NCBI GenBank assembly: GCA_021513715.1
Contig: CP084167.1
Span: 2,304,001-2,368,000, forward strand
DNA length: 64,000 nucleotides
DNA from: Candidatus Heimdallarchaeum endolithica
Lineage (GTDB): Archaea > Asgardarchaeota > Heimdallarchaeia > Heimdallarchaeales > Heimdallarchaeaceae
Direction of reading: 5' to 3'
The translations under genes were made by a program, and so were the position numbers. Shown here piece after piece: positions 20,794-31,008 of the stretch. The notes under the pieces were generated by a model. The model was not told the DNA's origin. It made no database searches and saw only the letters and a program-made list of their open reading frames with translations. The stretch's first letter is position 1, and each line of letters starts with the position of its first letter.

Positions 20794-22635
20794 GTGAAAA
20801 ACATGAGAGCAGTAATTCATTTAGAAGAAATACTTAATTTTAAGGCAGATGCAAAATCAAAGGTTATTTCCACCGAATCTTCAGGCTTGTTAAAAGTAAT
20901 TAATCCTAGCAATAGTACAACACTTTGGGGAATAAAACTTGATGCTTCAAATGAAGCTGATGTTTTGACAGAAATACAAGATACAATCCAGCACATAGAA
21001 GCAGGGACGGATTATGTTAAAGAATATAAAACTAGCTTAACTTCTCAAGTAGTAGTAACAGAAATTGTTGACACAAATTTTAATGGAGAAGAAATAAATA
21101 AACTAAACCGTGACTTAACTTTTAATGTTGATCAGAACTTAGCCTTTATGATTAAAATTGAGAATAACTATGATTTTCCAATAAAGAACATTACCGTTGA
21201 GAAATATTTTCCCCCAGATACGAAAGATCTGCGTGCTATTGAACCTTATACAGGTGAGACAACAGTGCTTGAAGATGAAAAACTAATAACATGGACTGTT
21301 CCAGAAATAAAATCTAAAGAATCAAAGGCAATTATTGTTGCATGTATAATGCATCCCAAGAACGTTCAACCTTATGTCACAGGAAAGATAGTGATAAAAT
21401 GTGAAGCAGATAATAAACTCAGTTCTTTAGTTCCATCAATTGATGGGGATTCAGATAATGTAGATCTCAGATTAAAAGCAGAAGAAACAAGTATTCCTGG
21501 GCAATGGAATGTTGATTTCGGTCTCAGGAATGCGAGTGAGTTTGAGATTTTGCTTAAACATGTAATTATAAGCGTAAACGGAGATGTAAAATACAAGGAG
21601 GAACTTAACACAGAACTTGAAGCAACAAATGAAGACTTAATCTGGAAGCAACAAATTTTAGCTGAGTCTGATCATTATCCTGAAATAACAAAGGATTTTG
21701 ATTATTATGTCTTATATGATATTACAGAACACTCTGTTATCTCCTATGAAAAAGAAAATGATCACTTAAATGTTCTTAAAGTAAATGTAAGTAAGTCATT
21801 TGAACCTAATGAAGTAGTAACTTATGCATTGACTCCATTAATTGGTATTATTGAAATTACAAACACAGGAACTTCTACAATCGGAAAAATAGAAGTAGAG
21901 GATACAATTCCACCATTTGTTGTGTTTGATGAAGTCATTGCAGAACTTGCTGATAGAAAAGTAGACGTAATTTTTGAAGAGAAAAAGAAGATTGTTCATA
22001 AACCTGTGGAGACAGAAGAGCGAGAAAAAGCAACATTTGAAATGTTAGAAGAAGGGGGAATGGAAGAAAAAGCCAAAGAAGCTGAAATACCAGTTGAACA
22101 AGAACAAGAAGATGTAACTGTCCAACGAAAATATCACTATAGAGTTAAAGAACTTAAATTAGAACCAGGGCAAAGTTTACGACTAAAACTGATTGGTGAG
22201 GTAAGGAAACCAAAATTTGATGGAAACCAAGCATCTCCAGCAGAAATAAAAGCTTTTGCAGAACAACCAACTGTTCCGTTTGTTATAGAAGCTCAAATGG
22301 ATGGCAAAGAACCATATTTGGTTGTTGCATTTAGACGACGTTCTTACGAATTAACTTCAATTTTTAAGAAGATAGGAGAAAATAATTATGAGATTGAAAT
22401 ACCAATAACTAATACTGGTGATGTGGCATTAGATAATGTTATTATTACACAACCTATATTTAATGCCGAATATGTAGGTCACACTCCTCCAACAGTAGAT
22501 GTAACAGTTGAAGGTGCGAATGTCAAGTGTCATGTAAAACAAATTAAACCAACAGAAACTACGACAATAGTATTACAAGTGAGAGCCGACGGGCCTCTAA
22601 GACAACAACAAGCTACAATTAGAATAGAAGATTAA
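20794..22635 (+). CDS. cytoplasmic multi-beta-sandwich protein (DUF11/Ig-like; N-terminus resembles a mu-homology domain)
   Basis: No signal peptide; repeats such as IEITNTGTSTIGKIEVEDTIP and IPITNTGDVALDNVIITQPI. Confidence 0.6.
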   Translation: MKNMRAVIHLEEILNFKADAKSKVISTESSGLLKVINPSNSTTLWGIKLDASNEADVLTEIQDTIQHIEAGTDYVKEYKTSLTSQVVVTEIVDTNFNGEEINKLNRDLTFNVDQNLAFMIKIENNYDFPIKNITVEKYFPPDTKDLRAIEPYTGETTVLEDEKLITWTVPEIKSKESKAIIVACIMHPKNVQPYVTGKIVIKCEADNKLSSLVPSIDGDSDNVDLRLKAEETSIPGQWNVDFGLRNASEFEILLKHVIISVNGDVKYKEELNTELEATNEDLIWKQQILAESDHYPEITKDFDYYVLYDITEHSVISYEKENDHLNVLKVNVSKSFEPNEVVTYALTPLIGIIEITNTGTSTIGKIEVEDTIPPFVVFDEVIAELADRKVDVIFEEKKKIVHKPVETEEREKATFEMLEEGGMEEKAKEAEIPVEQEQEDVTVQRKYHYRVKELKLEPGQSLRLKLIGEVRKPKFDGNQASPAEIKAFAEQPTVPFVIEAQMDGKEPYLVVAFRRRSYELTSIFKKIGENNYEIEIPITNTGDVALDNVIITQPIFNAEYVGHTPPTVDVTVEGANVKCHVKQIKPTETTTIVLQVRADGPLRQQQATIRIED

Positions 22636-22798
22636 ACTGATCCTATTTTTTATTCTTTTTTAATTTTAGTTTTTTTATAAAAAAAATCATTGTTTAGTCT
22701 AATGAATTTTTAGTTTTAGAGTAAGAAACAAGTTCTAATTCTTTATAGTGCTATTTGAGAAGGTTTTTATTGTTTAAAAGATATTAAAAACGAATACT

Positions 22799-24313
22799 AT
22801 GAAACACTATTTTGAGTTATTGGATATCTATGAAAAAATAAGACTGTTAGATTCGATAAGTGGGGTCTTATATTGGGATATGAATGTAGTTATGCCTTCA
22901 AATATAGGTGCAATAAATTACAGGTCAAAACAGTTCCAATATTTAAGTCAAGAAATACATAGACTCATTACAAAAAATAAAACTGCTGAACTGCTAGAAA
23001 AATGTGAAAAAGATAAATCGTTGGATAATTACCAAAAACGAAATATTCAACTTATTCGAAGAATGTATGAGAATAGGACTGCACTAACTTCAGAACTAGT
23101 TGGACAAATGTCAAAACAATCAAATAAAACTTTAGAAATTTGGAAAAAAGCGAAAGTGAAAAAAGATTTTTCTCTTGTTAAAGATGATCTAGAAAAATTA
23201 TTTAAGTTGAATGTCCAAGCTGCAGAACTCTATGCCACAAAAAAAGAAATTAATGACCCGTTTGATGCTCTTATTGATACAAGAGATAAAGGATTTAGTG
23301 TATCTCTTTTAAGTAAACTTTTTGATGATTCAAAATCTTACCTTATCCCTCTTCTAAAAAAGGTTAAAAACAAAAGTGAAGCAATAAGAGATGATTTTCT
23401 TAATCGTAAAGTTGCTAAAGAAATCCAAATAAGAATGGTGAATGAGTTAGCGAAGTTCTTAGAGTATGATGCTCATAGTGATAAAGCAGTTGGAAATATT
23501 GCTGAAGTAGAACATCCATTAACAATAGGTTGTGGATATAAAGATGTACGTGTGACAGTTAAGTATCTTGAAAATAATGTTTTGGCTTCTTTCTTTGCAT
23601 GTGCTCATGAATGTGGTCATGCTTTGCATGGACTGCAAGGAAGGGATGAGTGGTATAATCAACCTATTTATAGAATTTCATCTCCTAGTTTTGGAGAATC
23701 ACAATCAAGGTTTATAGAGAACATAGTTATTGGTTCAAAAGATTTCTGGGAATATTATTTTCCAAAATTAAACGAACAAACAAATGCTTTTGGTGACATT
23801 TCATTAAATACATTTTATTCTGCAATAAATAAAGTAAAACCAAGTTTAATCAGAATCCAAGCTGATGAGTTAACATATATGTTACATATAATAATTCGTT
23901 TTGAAATTGAAAGAGATTGGTTTGCCGGTAAAATTACTACAGATGAACTACCATTGGTTTGGAATCAAAAATATGCTGAATATCTAGGTGTAGAAGTGAC
24001 AGATGATGGTGTTGGAGTCATGCAAGATTTGCATTGGTATTCTCAATATTATGGTTACTTTTTTGGTTATGGTATAGGTGATCTCATCGCTGCCCAACTT
24101 TCCAACAAACTTACTAAAACAAACCCTGATTGGAAAGAATTTCTTAGAGAAGGTCATTTTAGTCCAGTTCGAGAATGGTTAGAAAAAAATGTCCATAAGA
24201 AAGGAGGATTATTTGATTGTCTGGATCTTGTTGAAGAGATAACTGGTAAAATGCTATCTACTAAATATCATCAGGAATATTTAGAGGAAAAGTATTTGCG
24301 ATTATATTCTTAA
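22799..24313 (+). CDS. M32 family carboxypeptidase
   Basis: LYWD, HPLT, HECGHALH, ESQSRFIEN, IRIQADE, GVMQDLHW. Confidence 0.93.
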   Translation: MKHYFELLDIYEKIRLLDSISGVLYWDMNVVMPSNIGAINYRSKQFQYLSQEIHRLITKNKTAELLEKCEKDKSLDNYQKRNIQLIRRMYENRTALTSELVGQMSKQSNKTLEIWKKAKVKKDFSLVKDDLEKLFKLNVQAAELYATKKEINDPFDALIDTRDKGFSVSLLSKLFDDSKSYLIPLLKKVKNKSEAIRDDFLNRKVAKEIQIRMVNELAKFLEYDAHSDKAVGNIAEVEHPLTIGCGYKDVRVTVKYLENNVLASFFACAHECGHALHGLQGRDEWYNQPIYRISSPSFGESQSRFIENIVIGSKDFWEYYFPKLNEQTNAFGDISLNTFYSAINKVKPSLIRIQADELTYMLHIIIRFEIERDWFAGKITTDELPLVWNQKYAEYLGVEVTDDGVGVMQDLHWYSQYYGYFFGYGIGDLIAAQLSNKLTKTNPDWKEFLREGHFSPVREWLEKNVHKKGGLFDCLDLVEEITGKMLSTKYHQEYLEEKYLRLYS

Positions 24314-24419
24314 TTTGCTTTTTTAATGATTTTTCTTTTTCTAAACCTTTTTTTAAAAAAAGAGAAAGAAAACTGAACTACAACAAATTTAAAATAGACG
24401 TCTAATGTTTTATTTATTT

Positions 24420-24476
24420 GGAGAAAACCGTGCGGTTAGTTAGCTATTTCCGCTTCCTTTCGGTAAATTGTTCTCT
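24420..24476 (+). promoter_or_regulatory. GC-rich stem-loop in the probable 5' leader of the PPIase gene
   Basis: Nested pairings GAGAA/TTCTC, ACCG/CGGT, GCGG/CCGC, TAG/CTA, downstream of a TTTAAAATA TATA-like box near 24388. Confidence 0.4.
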
Positions 24477-24489
24477 GGACATTGTGTAG

Positions 24490-25191
24490 GTGATCTGTAT
24501 GGTAATTGAAAAAGGAACAATGCTTAAGCTTAATTACATAGGGAAAAGAAAATCTGATAGTTATGTGTTTGATACAACATTAGAGGATGTTGCAAAGAAA
24601 GAAGGGATTTATGATGAAAAAGTGATATATAAACCCTGTCTTGTAGTAATTGGGAAGCATTGGTTGCCTATAGGGTTGGAAGAGCAATTAATTGGACTTA
24701 AAGAAGGCGATAAGAAAACTATTGAAGTAGAAGCAAAACAAGCATTTGGGCTTCACGATAGATCTAAGATTCGTCTAATTCAGAGACGCGAGTTTCAAAA
24801 GTTAGATATTAAGCCAAAAGCAGGCATGGAGGTCGAAATTACTGGACAGAAAGGTCGAATTATGAAAGTTGACTCCTCAAGAGTGAAGGTTGATTTTAAT
24901 CATCCTCTAGCAGGAGAAGATGTAATATATGAAGTGGAAATAGTAAAAATTATTACGGATGTGAAAGAGCAATTTGTTGCACTATTAGAACGAAGACTGC
25001 CTGGGATTGACTTTTCTGGAACAAAAATCGAAATAGAAGGAAAGATTCTTGTAGTTGAACTTCCTCCTCATTCAAGATTCCTTGAATATATCCAGTTCAC
25101 AAAAAATGCAGTAACGCGAGATATATCTGAATTTGTTAAGAACAAAATGGATAAAGTAAAATTTATTGAATTTTATGAGATTGATAAATAA
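24490..25191 (+). CDS. slyD: long-type FKBP peptidyl-prolyl isomerase (SlyD-like)
   Basis: VFDTT, GLEEQL, AFG, VDFNHPLAG. Confidence 0.9.
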   Translation: MICMVIEKGTMLKLNYIGKRKSDSYVFDTTLEDVAKKEGIYDEKVIYKPCLVVIGKHWLPIGLEEQLIGLKEGDKKTIEVEAKQAFGLHDRSKIRLIQRREFQKLDIKPKAGMEVEITGQKGRIMKVDSSRVKVDFNHPLAGEDVIYEVEIVKIITDVKEQFVALLERRLPGIDFSGTKIEIEGKILVVELPPHSRFLEYIQFTKNAVTRDISEFVKNKMDKVKFIEFYEIDK

Positions 25192-25204
25192 GATAGTTAT
25201 TTTA

Positions 25205-25648
25205 CTATTCTTGCTTATCTACTTCCACTTCAACAAGATCATAGTCTAATGGACAATCAACCTTCTTGAATTCTTTTTTTATCTTGACTTTTCTAAACCC
25301 TTGATCAAAATTTCTAATACATTTTTCATAGTTTTCACAGAAAATTTCGTCACATTCTATAGGTTCTATTGTTATAGTTAGCCCTTCCATTACAGGAAGG
25401 TTCTTTTCTTTTTTGATTATTATAACCGGACTTATCTCTTCAACTTTACAAACCATCATCTTTGTTTCATCAATAGGACAAACATGCTCTTTCTTCTTTA
25501 TTTCAACCACTTTGTAATTTTTACCTTTCACTAAAGAATCAATACAAACAGATCTTAGTTTGCATTGATCACATTCTGGTAACTCTCCTATATGAGAAAA
25601 AACGTAACCAAGGTTTGCAACGCTTTTTGGGACAAGTGTAATTTTCAT
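25205..25648 (-). CDS. UPF0179 family protein
   Basis: ITLV...ECDQCKLRSVC...HVCP...C...CP pattern. Confidence 0.8.
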   Translation of the reverse strand: MKITLVPKSVANLGYVFSHIGELPECDQCKLRSVCIDSLVKGKNYKVVEIKKKEHVCPIDETKMMVCKVEEISPVIIIKKEKNLPVMEGLTITIEPIECDEIFCENYEKCIRNFDQGFRKVKIKKEFKKVDCPLDYDLVEVEVDKQE

Positions 25649-25948
25649 TATGTCTGTAAAAATAATGTTGAGTTTTTTAACTTTGTTTTGGTGTAGATTA
25701 TCAAAAAGAAAAAATGTCAGTTATCCACTATTAAGAAAAAGAGGTTTTAAACATTCTCACAACGTTTTTATGAGTTTATATGTTTTAATAAGCTATCAAG
25801 GGTTATCGATAGTGATAGAGTACTATCATAACTATCATTGATATCATTTTGGATTAAAAGCTTCTTTGTGTAAAAGAGTGAAATTTGTTTATGTCAAAGA
25901 ATATAAATACATATCTTACTCCTTTCTTCTGAAATTAACAAGTTAACT

Positions 25949-26458
25949 TTGTGTATTCCAATGAAACTGAAGAAAAGAAATTTCCTATCAAATAAAGAAA
26001 AAAAGAAATTGTATGATGAGCTATCTTCCACTTTTGGTGATAAAGCTCTTCAATTATTTAATAAAAATGATAAACTTGAATCTGCTGTTTCTGACAAAGG
26101 AGAAAAATTGATATTAAAAGAGGGAAGGATCTGGTTTTTTTATTACAATAATAATTTATATCCAACAATAAGATGTTTAAGGGGAACAAAAATTGATATC
26201 TCTTCAGCCGTTGTAGACATTGGAGCTATTAAATTTATTCTAAATGGTGCAGATGTTATGGCTCCAGGGGTTGTTTCTTTTGGAAGTGGGATAAAGGAAG
26301 GCGATTTTATTACAATTAAAGAAGAAAAAGCTAAAAGTATTATAGCTGTTGGGTTATCATTAATCAATTCAGAAGATTTTGATAAAGGAAAAAAAGGAAA
26401 GATAATAAAAAATCTTCATTCACTGAAAGATGAGTACTGGAACTTCCAAATAAAGTGA
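25949..26458 (+). CDS. pre-PUA/PUA RNA-binding protein (MCT-1/Tma20-like)
   Basis: YPTI, VDIGAIKFILNGADVMAPGV. Probable start is the ATG at 25961. Confidence 0.88.
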   Translation: MCIPMKLKKRNFLSNKEKKKLYDELSSTFGDKALQLFNKNDKLESAVSDKGEKLILKEGRIWFFYYNNNLYPTIRCLRGTKIDISSAVVDIGAIKFILNGADVMAPGVVSFGSGIKEGDFITIKEEKAKSIIAVGLSLINSEDFDKGKKGKIIKNLHSLKDEYWNFQIK

Positions 26459-26533
26459 AACACCTTTTTTATTCTCTGCAATCTGAAATCGGAATGAAAA
26501 CTATTATAAATTTAATGAATAATTGATTCTCTA

Positions 26534-27604
26534 ATGACCAATGTAATAAATGAGTTTAAACATGTTGAAATGCCTCAACTCTTATCACTTGGAAAAAATA
26601 TGATTAGTGAACTACCTCAAATTTTGGAAACACTAAAAATTGGGAAAAACTGTGTTTTAATCACTGATAAATTTCTAGAAGACAAGTTCGCTAGACAAGC
26701 AAAAGAAATCCTTGAAATTAGTGGTGTACATGTAACTCTATCTACAATTGATGACAGCACTTTAGCAGAAGTTGACAAACAACTTACTATTATCGATGAA
26801 ACAAAATCAGAATTTGTTATCGGAATGGGTGGAGGAAAACCAATAGATATTGCAAAATTGTCTTCATTTAAACTAGGGTTAAGATTTATTTCTGTTCCTA
26901 CTATCGCTAGTCACGATGGTATTGCAAGTTCTAGAGCTTCTCTAAAAGGTGTTAATGAAAGGCATTCTATAGCTGCAAGACCTCCAATAGCAGTAGTGGC
27001 AGATACAGAGATACTAGATAAGTCGCCTTATCGCTTTACTGCTGCTGGTTGTGGAGATATTTTAGCTAAAAAAACTGCAATAAAAGACTGGTTGCTCGCC
27101 TATCGCCTAAAATATGAACCAATTTCTCCAACAGCTATTTCTCTTTCAGAAATGACAGTACATTCAATCACTGAAAATGCAAGTATTATAAGGAGTAAAG
27201 CGGAAGGATATAGTCGTATCGTAATAAATGCTCTTTTAAGCAGCTCTCTTGCTATGTGCGTGGCAGGATCTTCAAGACCTGGAAGTGGTTCTGAGCATAT
27301 GTTTAGTCACGCACTTGATGAAATAGCAGAAAAACCAGCTCTACATGGCGAACAAACAGCACTAGGCTCAATAATAATGTCGTATCTTCACGAAGGAGAA
27401 AAAGGTTCCCAAAAACAAATAGATACAATGAAAATTATAGGATTACCGGTGACTGCAAAGGAATTAGGACTAAAGGATGAAGAAGTAATAAAAGCTCTAG
27501 AGATCGCTCACAAGATTAGACAGAGGTTTACAATTTTAGGTTCAGATGGTTTAACGCATGAAGCAGCAATTAATGCAGCTCTAAAAACAGGTGTTATTAG
27601 ATAA
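26534..27604 (+). CDS. egsA: sn-glycerol-1-phosphate dehydrogenase
   Basis: GGGKPIDIAK, PTIASHDGIAS, SRPGSGSEHMFSHALD, HGEQ. Confidence 0.95.
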   Translation: MTNVINEFKHVEMPQLLSLGKNMISELPQILETLKIGKNCVLITDKFLEDKFARQAKEILEISGVHVTLSTIDDSTLAEVDKQLTIIDETKSEFVIGMGGGKPIDIAKLSSFKLGLRFISVPTIASHDGIASSRASLKGVNERHSIAARPPIAVVADTEILDKSPYRFTAAGCGDILAKKTAIKDWLLAYRLKYEPISPTAISLSEMTVHSITENASIIRSKAEGYSRIVINALLSSSLAMCVAGSSRPGSGSEHMFSHALDEIAEKPALHGEQTALGSIIMSYLHEGEKGSQKQIDTMKIIGLPVTAKELGLKDEEVIKALEIAHKIRQRFTILGSDGLTHEAAINAALKTGVIR

Positions 27605-27707
27605 CTAAATTGTGTACGGTTTGAAAAATAAATTGACTAATAAGTAATAGGCTAAAGATAACTTTAGTATGTTAATTGGTTTTTTTGAAATTTTCAAGTA
27701 GGTTTTA

Positions 27708-29156
27708 TTAAAAAAAATCTGTATAAAGTTTTTCCAATTTTACTACAAAATCAGATCCACTAGGATAATTATCTTGAAGAAAAATTTCTGCTCCAAAAGT
27801 ATCTAAAGTTATTTTTATGAGGAAAAGATTCATTCCCCCCTTACCTAATCTTTTTTTATAATCTCTATGAAAAATTTCTTTTTTTTCTTTATTTGGTATT
27901 CCAATTCCATTATCTTTTATATGAACAAAAACATGATTTTCTTTTTCTTCAACTTCAATCCAAACTTTAGCATTCTCTCCTGCATGATGAATTGCGTTGC
28001 TTATTAATCCATAAAAAACAGAAAAAAGGAATTTATTAGCTTTTACAAAGATTTCTTTGTCTAAATCATTTACACTTACATTTTCAAAAGCTACTGCCGC
28101 AGCTTGTAAAACTTTTAAGCTTATTGGTTTAATCTTGTCATCAACTAAAAATCCTTCCACAGCTCCGATATTAAATATTTTCTCTCTCATTTTTTCTATT
28201 CTATCAGTTATCATCTCTTTAAATATAGAATCATTAGATTCGGAAAACATTTCCATAGCTGTTTCTATTACTGCAAGATCATTACGTAAATCTTGTTTTA
28301 TTACGTTTGTAAACGTGACAAGTTGTTTATTTACTCTATCAAGCTCCTCATAGAGTAAACGATATTGTTGTCTCTCTTGAATTATTGTAGAGACAGTTTT
28401 AAAATTTAGAATATTTTGTTTTGCTAACATGATTCCTATTAGAATTGTTCCTAAATATAAGAGATTGAAACCCCTGTAGATTTGCAAGTATATTTCTCTT
28501 TGGGAAATTAGATTCTTGAAAAAATAATAGTCACTTACTGTAAGCATCAAATATGAAAGAATCAAAAAACCCCAGTAATTTTGAGATCTTTTTGAATAAA
28601 TGGTGAAGAGAATTAGAAGAAGAATAAAAAAGATAAAATCAAAAACCAAGAAAACTAGTAAAATGTACAAATCAAATTTCATTAATTGATTATTAGACAT
28701 TATTTGGGTAAAATTATTTACGATTTGAACAAAAAAATCAAGGTATTGCACACTTAATAATAGACCAATAAAAATAGTCATTAATATTTGTTCATAAAGG
28801 TTCTTAAAATCACTTACAATTTGCTGAAAAATGATGAATAAAACAGGTATATAACTAATAAATAAAATAGAGTTTGCTAGAGAAAAAGAAATAGAATAAG
28901 CAAAGATTGAACTAATGATAAGAGAAACTTGAGAAAGAAAAACAAAAAGCATAGATACACCTAAAGCTTTAACAAAATTTCTTAGATTTTCATTATGTAC
29001 TCCTCTTGTAGAAAGACCGAGAATGCAAGCAGTACAGGAAATTATTAATGTTCCCAAAAACAAGATGTAGTTTCCAATATTTTCTTTAAAAATGGCGCTT
29101 AAACCAGCAATTGTAAAAAGCAGTAAACTTAGTATCGGTATGGTACGGCGTTTCAT
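27708..29156 (-). CDS. multi-TM sensor histidine-kinase-like protein lacking the phosphoacceptor His
   Basis: About 8 TMs; H-box position reads IKQDLRNDL; N-box NAIHH; G1 box DNGIGI; F-box IF. Confidence 0.8.
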   Translation of the reverse strand: MKRRTIPILSLLLFTIAGLSAIFKENIGNYILFLGTLIISCTACILGLSTRGVHNENLRNFVKALGVSMLFVFLSQVSLIISSIFAYSISFSLANSILFISYIPVLFIIFQQIVSDFKNLYEQILMTIFIGLLLSVQYLDFFVQIVNNFTQIMSNNQLMKFDLYILLVFLVFDFIFFILLLILFTIYSKRSQNYWGFLILSYLMLTVSDYYFFKNLISQREIYLQIYRGFNLLYLGTILIGIMLAKQNILNFKTVSTIIQERQQYRLLYEELDRVNKQLVTFTNVIKQDLRNDLAVIETAMEMFSESNDSIFKEMITDRIEKMREKIFNIGAVEGFLVDDKIKPISLKVLQAAAVAFENVSVNDLDKEIFVKANKFLFSVFYGLISNAIHHAGENAKVWIEVEEKENHVFVHIKDNGIGIPNKEKKEIFHRDYKKRLGKGGMNLFLIKITLDTFGAEIFLQDNYPSGSDFVVKLEKLYTDFF

Positions 29157-29358
29157 CTAATCATTTTGTTTTTAATTTAGTTTTTAGTAGCTAAATAACT
29201 AAATAAAGTTACTGTTTTTAATTTTTGAAATTAAAACATTAATGTAAGTATAATTCTTGTAAGTTGAATAAATCTCGAAATATCAACCATTTTTTGAGTT
29301 TTATTATAAATTAACTTGTTAATTAGAATGATCTTTTTTTGAAAAAAGAATGACAGTT

Positions 29359-29375
29359 TTATACCAAAGTTTGGT
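29359..29375. promoter_or_regulatory. TTATACCAAAGTTT motif extended into the palindrome ACCAAA-G-TTTGGT
   Basis: Identical 14-mer at 7155-7168; lies upstream of the small RHH gene. Confidence 0.45.
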
Positions 29376-29464
29376 CGAAAACTTATTAAGGACAATTTTT
29401 TTATCTGGAAAAGAAATAATTGTTTTTTAAAATAATTTAAATATTTATTTTACTATTGTAAATT

Positions 29465-29629
29465 ATGACTTTAGAAGCAATCGCTGTTCGTTTACCTGAA
29501 AAAATAGTTTCAAGATTAGACACATTAGTTTCTCAAAAAGGTTATACTTCTCGGGGGGAAGTGATACGAATTGCGCTTCGTTGTTACTATATTAACCACT
29601 TTTCCAAAAAAATGAAAAATGAATTGTAA
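29465..29629 (+). CDS. small ribbon-helix-helix regulator, 54 aa (not in ORF track)
   Basis: MTLEAIAVRLPEKIVSRLDTLVSQKGYTSRGEVIRIALRCYYINHFSKKMKNEL*; clear paralogue of 7244-7459. Confidence 0.85.
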   Translation: MTLEAIAVRLPEKIVSRLDTLVSQKGYTSRGEVIRIALRCYYINHFSKKMKNEL

Positions 29630-29663
29630 TTTAAACATTAAATTCTACTTTTTATTTATATGT

Positions 29664-30917
29664 TTATTTTGAACCCAAAAACTTTCCATTTTCTCCTAAT
29701 TGTTCTTCTATTCTCAGGAGTTGGTTATATTTTGCTGTTCGTTCTCCTCTCGCTGGAGCACCAGTTTTTATCCTTTCTGCGCGAATAGCAACTGATAAAT
29801 CAGCAATAAAAGTATCTTCTGTTTCTCCTGATCTGTGGCTTATATTAATTCCCCAACCATCGCTTTTAGCTAACTCTGCAGCTTGAATTGCTTCTGTTAA
29901 AGAACCAATTTGATTAACTTTTAATAATAGATAGTTAGCGGCTTTTTCTTTAATTGCTATTCTGATACGTTCGGGATTTGTGACAGTTAAATCATCAGCA
30001 ACTATTGATATTGAAGGATGTTTTTTCAAAAGTTCAGCAAAAGATGTAAAATCATTCTCATCAAAGGGGTCTTCTAACGATATAAGCGGGTATTTGGTAA
30101 TTAGGTCGTTATAGTAGTCAATCAGTTCATCACTTGTGATCTTCTTTCCATCAATTTCATATAACCCATTTTCATAAAACTCTGAAGCTGCTGCATCGAG
30201 ACCTAATGAGATTTCATTTTTTGGTTCATATCCAGACTCTTCAATAGCTTTAATTAGCATATCAATAGCTTCTGGTGCAGTATCAACAGGACTTCCAAAA
30301 CCTCCTTCGTCTCCTAAATTTATTGCCGAAGGACCAAATTTTTTCAAATTCTTTTTTAGCGTTTGATATACTTCACAAGATGAGCGAAGAGCTTCTCGGA
30401 AACTTTTGAAACCATGAGGAATAAGCATGAATTCTTGTATTTTTAGATTTCCTCCTGCATGTTTTCCTCCATTAATTACATTCAACATCGGAACAGGTAA
30501 AGTGAATGCTTCACTGTTTAATGACTTATAAAGAGGTAATTTTTTACTATTTGCTGCTGCCACAGCAACAGCTAGTGACACCCCCAAAATAGCATTTGCA
30601 CCTAGTTTTGATTTGTTTGGTGTGCCATCAAGTTCTAACATTAGTTTATCTATTTTTTCTTGTTCTGTGACTTCATAACTGATGATTTTTGGAGTAATGA
30701 TCTCTCTAATGTTATTTATGGCTTTTAAAACTCCTTTTCCATGAAAACGGGAATCTTTATCTCTTAGCTCAAGAGCTTCATGTTCTCCAGTAGATGCGCC
30801 AGATGGCACTTTAGCTCTTCCAAAAGCTCCGTTATCGCAATATATATCTACTTCAATAGTAGGGTTTCCGCGGGAATCAATTATTTCTCTAGCAATAACT
30901 CTTTTAATTTTTGACAT
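29664..30917 (-). CDS. eno: enolase
   Basis: AREIIDSRGNPT, VPSGASTG, GDEGG, LLKVNQIG, SHRSGETED, KYNQLLRIE. Start set at the ATG at 30917. Confidence 0.97.
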   Translation of the reverse strand: MSKIKRVIAREIIDSRGNPTIEVDIYCDNGAFGRAKVPSGASTGEHEALELRDKDSRFHGKGVLKAINNIREIITPKIISYEVTEQEKIDKLMLELDGTPNKSKLGANAILGVSLAVAVAAANSKKLPLYKSLNSEAFTLPVPMLNVINGGKHAGGNLKIQEFMLIPHGFKSFREALRSSCEVYQTLKKNLKKFGPSAINLGDEGGFGSPVDTAPEAIDMLIKAIEESGYEPKNEISLGLDAAASEFYENGLYEIDGKKITSDELIDYYNDLITKYPLISLEDPFDENDFTSFAELLKKHPSISIVADDLTVTNPERIRIAIKEKAANYLLLKVNQIGSLTEAIQAAELAKSDGWGINISHRSGETEDTFIADLSVAIRAERIKTGAPARGERTAKYNQLLRIEEQLGENGKFLGSK

Positions 30918-31008
30918 GATTAAACTTGTTTTATCAAAAATTAAAGTCTTTTGTTTTATTTCCTTTTTAGTCAAACAGTTTAATAATGTTTAATATATTT
31001 TAGAGCCA

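Noticed and set aside
25805-25845. Small hairpin TGATAG-AGTA-CTATCA resembling the ACTATC repeats at 54756
   Set aside because: Short and AT-rich; plausible by chance.
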